Positions 9,438 through 25,334 of a DNA stretch of 64,000 nucleotides are shown here, one piece after another (the stretch's first letter is position 1; the number at the start of each line of letters is the position of its first letter). A model generated the notes under the pieces. The model did not search any database. It worked only from the letters and a program-made list of their open reading frames with translations, and was not told where the DNA came from. The translations under genes were made by a program, and so were the position numbers. The stretch lies in assembly GCA_973895155.1 (NCBI GenBank), contig OZ316891.1:8309875-8373874 (forward strand), written 5' to 3'. The stretch comes from Marsupella aquatica (Eukaryota > Plantae > Marchantiophyta).

Positions 9438-11250
9438 TCTGGTGATGCATTGGAGCTTGGAGCTTGGATTACCAGTACCTAGCACCATCCTAGCATTGTC
9501 GCATTATCTAATGTGCAATTTGACGATAGTTAAAATCCTTGTTGAATGAGTTGGTTTCCTCCCACGTAGGAAAGAAGGTTTTCAAAGTAGGCAAACCTCT
9601 GCGTGTGAAATCGAAGATGACAATAATTCTCCCACGTAGGAAAGCAGAAAAGTAGCCCAATCTAGACGATATGATCATGAGCTGCCTGAAAGGAATCTAG
9701 TTGGAGTTATGAAATTGATCACCACAGTGGGCACAATTGTGCAAAAGTAGTCTTGTCGTGTGAGTTTTGTTACTGTAAATTTGCAATGAATTCGAACATG
9801 ACAGTGAGGTACACGGTGACGGACGACCATTTCATTGTAAAGGAATTGGAGTTATGAAATTGATCACGACAGTGGGCACAATTGTGCAAAAGTAGTCTTG
9901 ACGTGTGAGTTTTGTTTACTGTAAATTTGCAATGAACTCGAACATGACAGTGAGGTACATGGTGAAGGACGACCATCTGATTGTGAAGGAATGAGTTTCA
10001 GTTGTATCATTGCTTGGATTGCTTTGTCTCAGTTTGCAGAATGTAGCATTGATTTAAGTTTTTAGAGAACAACTGATTATAGCTGTCCGTCTGTTTGACG
10101 AAAAACCGGAATGTAGTATTGATTTGAGTACTTTGAGAGAATGATTAACTGATCGTAGCTGTACATCTGGTTGGTTGACAATCAACTCGAACTTCTCTCA
10201 TATTAATGGGATGTTGTCATGCGGAAGGAAATTTACACAAACTTCTTTCGTTGTGGAGAATGAAATCTAGAAGTTTTGCATCATTATATGCACAATACTA
10301 ACAATTTCCTGAAAATGGAGTGAGTGCGAAAGAGTATGATGATGATGATGACTATGTTACTTCTACTGTGCATGACAGATTGCGGATTTGGAACACTCTT
10401 GATTCAAATGCAATATTGAGTTACCACTGTGTGACAAGCAAACAATTTGTTCGATTTTGTTACCACTGAATTCTGTCCCCATCCACTCCGAACAATAATT
10501 TCTACAAAGTTCGAAAGTTAGCCAGCAAAATAGTTTTAACACTTCGGAAACCAAAATACAAATAGTCTGTAGGAAAATTTGGAAGCAAACGCGATTAATC
10601 CAGCATTTCAGAGTCCAAATTGTGGAATTTTGCACCCATACAGTATTAGTTAAAAGAGCGGAAGTTTCTGATATTTCCTCGTTTATATTCCGACTTGTGG
10701 AATTTTCACCCTTACTGTAAGAGTGAAAAGAGCGGCAATTTCTGGTAACTCCTCGTTCTCAGTGTGTAAAACCAACTGTTCGTCAACAGTTGCAATTGAC
10801 GAACATCCATATTTCGTGCATCCACCGCGCAATGTTGATTTAAGATCGGAATCCAACCCCTACCTTTGACTGAAGACCCCAACATGCTACCGTTAATGCC
10901 ATGAAGTTTTCATCAAGAACTATGGCTTCACCCTGAACCTTTCAAATTTCTTCTAACTACCACACCCTTGATCCTCCACAGATCCTAACCCAACCCCGAA
11001 CGTCGCTCTCGACGATGATTATTACCAGCCTCCACGCACTTCTTGATATGCATTTGGAGCTTTTCCCAATCTCGTAGGCTTAGTTACCAGGCCTTTGCCT
11101 TCAGCTGCCTTGGGACTTCGTAACTTGGGTGTCGGGCCTGCGGCTCAGGATTCATAAATGAAAGTTCTGCTCCCTGAAGTGTTCAAGATTCAGTTTTTCA
11201 TCGTCACAGGTGTGAGAATTAAATAAGTAACTCAAGGTTTCCCTTGGATC
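9415..11250 (+). repeat. Segmental direct repeat, copy 2 (~1.8 kb); overlaps the last codons of the glycosyltransferase
   Basis: Homologous to 3836-5650; contains its own ~145 bp internal tandem duplication (~9701-9992). Confidence 0.95.
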
Positions 11251-11934
11251 CCAAGACTTGAGAGGCCGCGATTTCCTCGGAATGCTAATGGCAGGGGAAA
11301 CATGCGAATGTGAAATCCTCTTTCATCCACAAACGTCGTCAAGTGACTTAGAGACCAGGTTGGAACATTTAGACCACTTGACGGATGCTCAGAGACTGCA
11401 GGTCCAACAAGAGAATCAAAAGGTAATTAAGAAATTGGGCTTGATGAACCAATTCTTTAAGGTTCTTACAATGAGTAAGACAGCTGTCCAGTGAGCCAAA
11501 ATACAACTTTCAGATGCGGAGGAGCTTCTACATAAGACTGTGTTTTCTAAATCTGAACACAGGAAAGCATTCTCACTCCAAGTGTCACAAGCATCGAACC
11601 TAAAAGCCATTCTGGTCCCCAAAGAATGCTTATATAAATGATTAAACGAGAACAATGCAGAACACACCGAAGGCGAAACAATACTGTACGTGGCCGTGTT
11701 AGTGACCGGGAGAATGGATTTCAATATTTCAAATACGAAAAGCGGCATGAACCTGACAAACTTCGGTAGACATGAACTGTATAGAACTTCAGTGACACCA
11801 GATATGGACCGGTAACAGCAAAGAGAGGCTGAGATTTTCAACACCCTTCGCATCAGTAGTCCAATAGGTAGACACAGGCAAAGCTTGTGACTTTTACTAA
11901 ACTAAATGACTCAACTTTTACTAGAATAAATGAC

Positions 11935-15170
<3,236 letters not shown>

Positions 15171-15605
15171 CTAAAAGGAGAACCCCCAACCACGATGACG
15201 AGCGGTGGCGGCGTCCGACGGACCGGCGCGATTCGGATTGCGCACTTTTCTCCCTCGAGGCCCGCCGAGTGGAACGGAGGTCGACAAATCCACGTAGTAG
15301 AGTCGAGAACCCGCTCGCTCGCTTCTCGACATCGCTGTCGAGCAGCGGCAAAAGAGGCGATCGATCGTTCTGCGTCCTCACTCGATCAATCACTTCCAAA
15401 CAAAGCGTCACCGAATCGGGGAGCGACGAAGCAGCTCATGTGATTTTTGCCATCGATCGTCTCTTCGCTGTTTTGCCTCTCCTTCCATGATGGAGGGCGA
15501 GATTTCCAACAAGTCGCTCGCCTCTTCACTCTTACGCCGCTTTGGATTGGACGGGCATAATCGGTAGATCATACGCCACCTACGGTTCATTCTCCTCATC
15601 AGCAG

Positions 15606-15645
15606 TACACTACACTACACTACGCTACGCTACGCTACAGTACAG
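15606..15645. repeat. Pentanucleotide microsatellite (TACAC/TACGC)n upstream of SRPK
   Basis: TACAC x3, TACGC x3, TACAG x2. Confidence 0.8.
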
Positions 15646-18524
15646 TGTCGCACTACTGTACGTATGGAGAATTGATGATGTGGAGCGTTTGCCATTTTTG
15701 GCCAACATTAACTTTTAATTATATTGTCATTAAAGATATTTTAATTTATGATACTATTTTTTTAATTTATAAACATGTATATAGCTCTTGGTTACCTTGG
15801 TAAACTTATCATCCATATATAAAAGAGTGACATTTTTATAAATACTAAAAATAGTGGCAATATTACCAATTAGCATATCTTTAGTGACAAACTATTTAAA
15901 AACTGTTTATTTTGGCGCCCAGCACCTTAAGTAAGTGACATTCCTGGAAGGCTGGCTGGAAAAACCTGCTGGTCGTTTTGAGAAATTGAGAGGAAACTGA
16001 ATTTGAGGTGCAACAGCCTGAAATTTTGCTGAAATTTTGATATGCACAGAGTGCTCATGACTGGTTCAATTAACTCCCTCCAACCATACCTTCACCTTGG
16101 ACCAGGTTCTCCTATAAGACACTTCCAAGAAGCAAATGGTGACTACTATCTATAAGCAGAAACTGTTACCCGTTGGTCTCCCTCATTTCTCCCACTTTTA
16201 CAGTTGGAAGGAGTTAGCTTGGACAAATTATGGGCTTTCATGTGCCACCTCAGGTTAGTCAGCTTCACATACAAAACTGGAGGAAAACCTGACATTAAAT
16301 TTATTTTGGAGGAAGGATACCATTTTGACTATTTTGGGACAGGAAAATAAAAAACTATAATTCTATTATGTTTCAACTGCCAAATCCATTCTCTGCCAAA
16401 ATCCATTTCCACAGTAAGTTGTTGATTATCTCGGATCGGATGGATAATGGATTGTCACGTTTGACCTGAGGACTCCATTGACCGCCACCTGTTATGTTGA
16501 CACCAAAAATTGGGGAATATTTAATATGTAGAAACATGAAAGCTACACTCTGATACACACAAAAGTTTGACAAGCTGCTCTGATGGACCCATGCAACATA
16601 GATGAGGAGCAGTCGTATTTTTGGTATTTTCCAAATCCTTTCTCAAGTATCTTTCCATCAAGTTGATGTTCTCGGATACCATGGAGAATGCATTGTCACG
16701 TTTGTCCTGAGACTCAATAGACCACCCATTTTTTGACACCCAAAAACTTGAATATATGTATGTAATAAACCAGCCCCAATGACAAGGCAATTCACGCTTA
16801 GCAAGGGGATGCACAGATAGGAAGTGTGAGGCCAAGGCACAGGTGGAGAGGTGGAGGGCAGGCCGGGAAATGTTTCTTGGCTAATGAAAAAGCAAATGAC
16901 CAAGATTTCCACCCACCTGGATGACATTTTGTAAACAGACAATGGTCCAATTCTAGGCAGGGTCGGATATTACAGTGTTTGATGATTGTTAACTCTATCC
17001 AAACAATGGACTTTGATGGGATGCCAAAATACTATAGATACTATTAAACCTATCAGTAAACCTCCTTAACCTTGAAGACGCTAATATGCTTGATTTGGAA
17101 AAAAGGAAGCACCAAACCGGAAACCACACACCAAATTTCTTTAGTATGCAAAGATGCACAAAAATGGACCAAAAAACGTCTGACCTGATCAGATTTTACC
17201 CATTGGTTGTTTACTCGGGTCAAATGTTGAGTTTTTAGGCTTCAACTCCCTTGTTCCCCAGTCCTCCAGTTCTCCAGGTCCACAATGATTCTGCTCAGCA
17301 AGGTGTAACTAACAGCAAGAGGCTGACTGCTTAATTAAAGCACCACTGTTCCAAAGCAAAACCTGGTTGATCCAGGCTACTAAAATAAACCAAAAATGTG
17401 CTCAAAACAGCTAAAAAGTGCTCTATTTGTCCTCCCCGCACCTGGTGGACAGTGGTGGTTTAACAGAAGAAGACTCACTTGCATACCCATCTTCCTGTAT
17501 TTTCTGGCCATCAAGTAAGACTAGCCACTCTAGTGGAATCAGAAGTAACAATTCAGGGTGAAGACAGACTATGTCACTAGCTCCAGAGTGACATCTAATC
17601 CAATTAAAGCACAACTGCCCTTCAAAAGTTACGGGTTACCCGTAGTTACCATTAAAAGGAGATTTTTCCTGAAATTGTGGAGCAAACTAGCATGCTAGAG
17701 GAGAACACTGATTGAAATATGGAAAATGAGGGAGGTCTTGGACACTTCCCCTTATATAGGGGAAGTTGTGGTTTAACTTTCTGAGACTTTTTCTATGCTG
17801 GCTTTAAACTAGATCTCAGAGGGTAAAGAGTTTAATTTAATTAGTAATCTGTTTGAGTCCAAATAAATTGCTTGGTGAGTGAAACATTGCCTTTGTGGTT
17901 CTAATGTTATTTTGCCAAAGGAAAAAACATTGCCTTGCTGATTCGAATGTTACGTTGCAAAATGAATGTTCTGGTTTCATGCAGCACAACAAACTTTTGT
18001 TTTGTGGTCATTACAGTAGGAGGCGACCAACCTTGTCAACTCTTAATATGGTCCATGGAAATTTTGGTCCCAGTCAAGGGCAAATGATGCAAACTTAAGG
18101 GGATTGTAGCAGAATTTCTTGCCCAATTAACTTGTCAAATCTGTCCCTCCAACAAGGGTCTATCAACCAGACCAGATGGTTCTCCTTGACATCCAGAAAT
18201 TCCTAAGGTGCCTATGTGTTTGTCAGGTGTGTATTGACAGAAACACCTCCCAACCCAAGCATTACCAGCTTCAGATGGATATCAAGAGAGATGTTGAAGG
18301 TCAACTTTTGGTGTTATAAACATTTCCAAATTAAACAAGAAGGTTTTCAATGAATGAAGGCATAAAGGGTATCACTGTCCATAGAGGTATAATGGTCCCT
18401 GTGCTCAGTTTATCCGGGGTTCGACTTCATGAGCCTTATATCAATATAAGGATATAAGCAGTTCAGAGTGTCCCTTATATCGAACAAAGTGGAAGCTTCA
18501 TCAACATCGTGCATCCATGCTATG

Positions 18525-18547
18525 AACCCTAAACCCTAAGCCCTAAA
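18525..18547. repeat. Short telomere-like (CCCTAAA)n / telo-box
   Basis: AACCCTAAACCCTAAGCCCTAAA. Confidence 0.6.
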
Positions 18548-21500
18548 GATATTTCCAAGCCACTCCTAATGAGCACAGAAAATACCAGGTTCAGTTGAAT
18601 GTCAAGAGAAATATTGGAGGTCAACTTTTGCTGTTGAGAGCTTTCAGAATCAAGAAGGGTGTCAATGAGTGGTGTAAAGGATGTGATGGTCCATGGGGGT
18701 ATGATAGGACTTCTCAAACCAGATCATTCTCGGACGTTTCTTGTGACCAAAATGTTGCAGGCTGGGTCATAGACCAGAAGTCTGTGGTTCTTGCAAAACG
18801 TGACCATCAGCAACTCATGCGGTCAGTGCACTGGTGTCCTCACCAAATTTTGTTCCATGTAATAACACTCAGCGACCTTCAAGAATCATCAGCACCCATT
18901 CCAAAATGATCAGCGCCAAGCTGATCCGTGAGAGCTTGTTAAAGTTGTTTCAAACCTGAGACCCTCTAGATGAAGTTTGCTCAAAAGTTTGGGTTTTGGT
19001 AGTGGACATAGATTTCTCAAATAGGGTGACTGAAAAAATAAAAAGGGAAACAGCAAGTTTGAGATACCCTAACCATTCATGGGCTCGGTCATCCGGCCCT
19101 CAACTTTGCCAGGGTCAATGACGTGGCAGCGACTGTCTCAGGTGTCCCTTGTAAACAAAGTGAAAGCTTCATATATTATACTGATTCATGCATTCGTGCA
19201 CTAAAACTTAAGCTTCACTAGGCTGTTGCCGAGAGGGTGATGGTAGCTGTGCTCCTTCTTCTGGATGGTAACACGAGGAATGCTTGACTCTATCCACCTC
19301 AGCTCGGCAAGAGTCTGGGGGACAGCACTTTAGGAGTTCCCGACCTCCAACATTCTCAAGAGTCTAGTGTATAGGTGTTCCATTCGAGCTGCAGGCTCTG
19401 AGAGTCTGTAAGGGTGTGAGATTTTGGAAATATCTGGTCTACAATATTTGTAAGAGCGTCCTCAGTTCTAGTTTGGGTGTAGTGACGAAATAAATCTCTC
19501 TCTTGGAGGCTAGTTCGAGTTTCAGGGCTGAATATTGAGGTAGTTTAGCGAGGGAGGAAATGAGTTGTGGAGCTGTCGACTTGGTCGGTTAGGTTACGTT
19601 TTGAGGAAGTTGAATGATCTTATTCCTGTGGATTTGAGGAATTATCGCCATACGGTGTTTCTCCCTTGATTTCTCTTCTTTACTGGGTCTCCTACCTTAG
19701 GGATCATGTCTCCCGGTTTGGCGTTCGACTGACTGACTGAGTTCTGAATTTCTGATGTCACTTCGAATAAAATATTGCAGATTGTTGTCGTCAGGTGTTT
19801 AATCTATTGCACTGTGTCCTGCAAGATATCTAGAGACCATGACTTATCTGGTCAGAGGTCAGAAATCTCTTCGGTAAACATGGACTATGTGATGCAGTTT
19901 ATTGGAAGTGAGCTGGTAGTTCGATTTCATTTGGACGGACTCACGAACCTGCAGCCCAAAGGAAGCTGATTTAATTGCCATTGCAGAACTTGGTGTGTTC
20001 TCGATCAGTATTGCAAGCGGTGAGAACAGAGTCCATGAAATTTCCCTGCACAGTTTGTCCGATTCGTTTTGTCACAACTTCGTCTAATCCTGACCCCTAT
20101 TCCTCCAAGAAAGTTCATTTGTCGAGTCTCTACTCTGTTTCGCTGCCTCTACTGGTTAGTGTATTTGATTCCTAGAATTCCAATCTTGAAAGAGCCATTG
20201 CGGCTAGGCAAACCAAGTTCTGTTAATCCTCTTTGCTTGTTTATTTCCTGTGATGTTGTCTTCCTGCTCACTTGGGAAGCAGCAGTCCTAGCACATAAAT
20301 TTACCGAAGGGCCCTTCTTCTTGGAGAAACCCTACTGAAGAACTGTGAAACAAAGTTGAATGAGGGTTCTAGGACCGACCAGATATAGAAGTTATCTGAA
20401 ACAGAAGTTGGAACACAAACGTATTGCAGTGTATTGCGTTGAATTGCGTTGAATTGCGTTGTTTTAAGATCCCTTTACATTTCCCGTAATTGTGATTATT
20501 GCAAAGGATCAGACGATCTTCGGGGAAGTAGTGGCTTATGTACAAACGCTAGTCTTGACTAAGGATTCGGAACAGTTAGGAACAGCCATGTTGTACTATT
20601 TATCAATTTACGAGCTCTAGAAAGCGATTAGAAAGTTATTTTGTTCTGAGACCCTATGTATTGGTGTCTAGGACGGGGTAGGAAAGTTCTACTTGCATCT
20701 TCTAACAAGACCGTTATCACGTGGAACCCTAGTTCAGGCTGAAGAGTCTCTTGCAAAAGTGCTCAACTGGTGGCGATGAATATACCGAAAGAGCGGTTAT
20801 CTGGAGAAAATTCGTAAGCCGCTTTTCTGCTTGACCTGCAAATCGAGCGATTGAAGTCTTGAATCAATCGCCGACATGAATCTACCGCTATCCTTCCTCC
20901 GCTCAAGTCTCTACGCTCTTCGCTACACATCCTATGAGTCAGGTTGCCAGTTCGGGATGAAAACTGGGATATTTTAGGACAGAGCACCTTTTGTTAAAAT
21001 TATTCTTCCTTTCAACGCAAGGGTAGTTTGAAAGTAGACTTACATTTGGCATGAGAGCCACAATCTTGATGTCTAATTGCAAACAGAAAGGAGTGGATCA
21101 CGAGCTTACTTCCCCACTGACTCAGAATGCTAGGCCATGCGTCCACATCTATAGCAATGTCGTCAACCCTATATGTGCTGGAAATTCTCGACACACGCAG
21201 AGACTGGCAGCACATGAAGGCAAACCCTGCTCAAAGAGAATATAATTGAACCATATGATTGATCAAGAGAGGAACGCAGTTTGACCAGCCATGCTTACAA
21301 TTCGGAATGCACTTCTGCTATTATTGTAGACCATTCTTGGGCAATGTGTCTCTAAGCTTTACTGGACGAAATCATAAACTAATTGAGACGGATGTTCACC
21401 TAAATGTGAGGCTCGTAAATGGTCACAGAACAGTCGAGCAAATTTCAGATCTGGGCGAAGTCCAATTCATCCTCGTTAGGCAATGTAACCTTCAAGTGGC

Positions 21501-22747
21501 CCGTGAACAGATTGTTATCCACATTAGCCTGAGCTCAGAAACAGAGCCTACGGCAGTCCGTCACGGAGGAGAAGCACAGAATAACGAAAAAGAATGAAAA
21601 GCTGAGGCTATGACAGTTCGAGCAGTCTTCAAAATGGACAACTATCCCAGCAAAATTACTCCCGGCGGCTGTGAAAATTGTTACAACTGCCTACCTTTGA
21701 TAAAGTGAAAGAAAACAAGTGGACTACACTTCTGTCCTAATTTCGAGGTGAGTCTTCAGAATAATGCAGGCGCCTGTATCAAGAAAGTTGTTCGTAAAGA
21801 ATATCGTGTGTTGCACAGTTCGAATCTACTGACATTCAGTTCCGTTATTGAGTCATTCCGAAATCAGTAGCCTACACGAGGATTAGTCGAGAATTCTTCC
21901 CTTTACTCGAGTTACAAAGAATGTACTCCTAGCGACCACCTTTACCTTGAATGATTGTATCCCTTCGGAAAGCTGACTATTGCTTGGCGGTCTCCGAGAT
22001 TGATTTGCATGGTGGCTCATCATCTTCGACTTGTTGTGAAGATTGATTGCTTATTTTCACGTTCCGGGTCTGACATGCACGAGACATGACTGACAAAATG
22101 TCGGTTCTGAGTTCTCACGATGCAATTGTTCAAAGTAACACAAAAAAAATGTCGGTTCATATCACTATTTGCTTCCCACCCAACCGTTTCACGTCAAGTA
22201 CATCTTTAATCCTTGCAAACTTAAACCTATAAAACGTATCAAGTCAACGGCAGAGCTCTCTAATGGAAACAGAACTGTTGATGTGAGAACAGAATTCCGC
22301 TCTAGTAAAGTCTTACGATTGTATCATTTGATTGGGGCTTTAGCTCATAATTGTGTACCGTGCGCTTGATTGGACTCCGGTCGAGAAACCCCCCGTGGCA
22401 TTCACCTCTCCCATCATTCCGATTCGAGCTATGATTCGAGTCAAACAAAGACGGAGACAAAACCTCTCAAATTACAACTGCATGACGTCTGTTTTCAGGA
22501 CGATGAAGAAAACCTGCGGAACACAGGTCTTTTGTCAAAGCTGAATGCAACGGTTACCGTACAAAGGCATACATTTGGTGATCACGAGGAAATGATCAGA
22601 CAGAGCGGACCGCCATATCCTGAGAACCAAATGTCCACGGCTTTCCTCACTTCCTAAATGTACGCTGGAATATGTTGCTGATATTTGGACAACTACTTTT
22701 TTGGTTGGGACAGTGGAGGGTAACCCATGCAGCCTGGGGGTAATCTG

Positions 22748-22933
22748 CAACTATAATAAGGGATCTCATTCCCTTATTTTTTGGCATCTTTCTTCCCAAC
22801 ATAAAAAAGTTCTTGGGCGGGAAAGATACACAATAGTTGGATTCCAACTATAATAAGGTATCTTCTTTTTTTTCATCCTTCATCCCAATATAAAAAAGTT
22901 ATTGGATGGGAAAAATCCACAGTAATTGGATTC
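22748..22933. repeat. Diverged two-copy tandem duplication, ~90-97 bp
   Basis: CAACTATAATAAGG...CCCAA(C/T)ATAAAAAAGTT...TTGGATTC occurs twice. Confidence 0.8.
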
Positions 22934-25016
22934 TATTAACTGTTTTCTGACCATTGACTGAAGAAATGTATGTGCACCCCTGGCACATATGTGCTTCTAG
23001 CTGCCCCATAAATGCCTCAGCCCTCCTTGCACAATGCAATGCACTCACATAGGGCTAGTGGGATCATGAAATACCCCAGCCTGAGGGGGTTGTAGCCCTG
23101 CACCCATGGTTCCCAAGTGACCATGGATTAACTAATGTTAACTCCCAATGTAATTTTACTCTATTTTGGCCTGAAAATTGTGCTTGAAAAACTGGATGAC
23201 CCTTAAACTACCACTGTCCGTACAAAATGAGAAGTGTCCAAAATTTTTCCCTTTTTCACATTCCTTTCCTCTAGGGTGAGACTTCGCTCCACAACTTGAA
23301 GAAAATGGTACTAAAAATGGTGAAATCTAGTGGGATCCAGATTTTGTCAAGGACACAAGCTAGCCACAAGGGGCAATCTCATTAGCCCAGGGCCAGGCTA
23401 GTATAGGGATTATGGTATAGAAATACAAAGAGAAAACTGAAGGAGCGGATTACAGAAATGGAGGTTCCTTTCTTATAACCCACCCAAGCACTGAACCGTA
23501 AACCTTGGTAGCAACGGTTTTTGTCCATACCCCCATCCATCCCACCCAAACTTAAAGCTCAGTTTTAAGCTACAGGAATATATATAAATTCATATGAGTA
23601 TTATATCTAATCGTAAAGGTTATGAAGCCTTTAGTATAATTGTGTAAAAGTTTAAGAAAACAATTACGGGAAGCTTCTTTACCAAGCATGAGTGGTGCCT
23701 GTTTGTAATTTTTAATGCACAAGACCTACTGGACAGCTCATGAGTGTTTTCGTGCTGTTTTTACGAAAAATAAAAAATAATCGATCAGCAAAGTTGCTTA
23801 ATTAACTAGGCAAGACCAGTGACACTAAATGAAGAAAGTAGCATGAACGAAAAGATTTGCATGAGAACATTTCTGGCAACCGTTTTGACATAAAAACATT
23901 TCCTTAAAAGTTCAAAAACAAGCACCAACACATACAGAGGTCATTAGTTCACGGACATGTATGTAAGCATGAAAAGTCTTTCTGAAAAGGTCTTTACCCT
24001 CAACATCCACACTCCAAATTATTTCAACTTTTCCAAAAACGTGCACTTGGAGTTTATGACTAGGTCTATTATTGACAACTCCAAATGAATATGGCTATTA
24101 TGATTACTCAGAGTTGATGAATAGGTCTATTATTGACAACTTACAGTGGTCAATCATGCCCCATATGATACAGTAGTTATGAGGGACTTTGTGCAAGTAA
24201 CTCAATTAACACAGAGAGATTGGTACACAGATGGCAGCCTGTCAATCTGGTGACAAAAAGATCAAACATTTTCTGCATTGAGACAAATTTGACACTTTGA
24301 GTCATTTCCTATGATGTCACTCCAAATAATAACGTCTGGGCTTGATGTTTGCAGAAGAAGGGACTCCAAGAAACCCCTTGCCAAAGTAGTAAGAAACTAG
24401 GGTCCAAAGCCATATGGTGTCCAGTTCAAGGATAGATAGACCTTGCACCAGTTAGTCTCTAACTAGTTCTTACAAAGGAATGAATAATACAACTTTAGTA
24501 GACAAGACCAAGTGCTAACCATTTTCTTATTAATCAACAAGACATAATTATGATGACCTTGGCTGGGGAGAGTTTATTTGTGGGTTTGATTTCCCTCTTA
24601 TGAATGGAAAAAAACCAATTGCTCACCATGTGGCTCCTCTATAGTAGTGGACATAAACTAATATAGAACTGGGTCATTAAGGGAAAGGTAAAAGACTCTT
24701 GATGAGTTTTGGGAGTTCTTTGTGACCAAAATTTTGCGTGAATATGTATGTTTCCTTAATGGGTGAGGTCATGGCACCCCTACCTATATTAATTTACCTT
24801 TAAAAAGTCACTAAAAGAAATTAAGGTGAGGGTATCAAGCCCAAGGAATTAAGAAAGGATGTTGAAACCAGAAACTCAAGGAGTAAAATCTATATCTGCC
24901 AAAAGAACAAAAGGCTTCTAAGGGTGGACATAATTCCAAAGGCAAGAGACCCAATAAAAGGAAGAAAGCAAGGAAAAAACTCAAGAAGACCAAAGACTCC
25001 AAAAGCCAACCAACTA

Positions 25017-25334
25017 GCTTGGGTCACTCAGTTGGCCAGGGGTTTAGCCTAGAACCGAGAGGTCCCAGGTTGAACCCTCTCCACATCCCTTGCGTGACTG
25101 TGGAGTGTATGTGTGTGAGTAGGGTGTATTGGTGGGAGTACTTGGTGGGAGTACTGCTTTCTCCTGAGCCCCTGGCTGGTTTAGAGCCCTGATTTAACCA
25201 TCTCTCCCTCCTGGTCCCAGTCGGATCCTGGGTATGACCCTGTTGTGCGCCCCCTACAGAGGCGCATGCTCCGGAGTAAATTGTCTATACTGTGATGCAT
25301 GGGTCTGCTTTTGGTTTCAAGGCAAATAAGAAAG
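25017..25334 (+). mobile_element. tRNA-derived SINE-like element
   Basis: A-box-like TCACTCAGTTGG (25024-25035) and B-box-like GGTTGAACCC (25068-25077) at tRNA-like spacing, followed by a GC-richer body and an A-rich end; boundaries approximate. Confidence 0.6.

Noticed and set aside
3835-11253. The 1.8 kb direct repeats as LTRs of a retroelement (copy 1 can be read TG...CA, and both end in CA)
   Set aside because: Copy 2 lacks the TG start, the outer flanks (ACGAG versus AGACT) give no TSD, there is no PBS and no gag/pol, and the repeat begins in the dehydrin 3' region
25021-25085. Functional tRNA gene
   Set aside because: The B-box lacks the canonical TTCG, and no acceptor stem or cloverleaf can be built; treated as a SINE head
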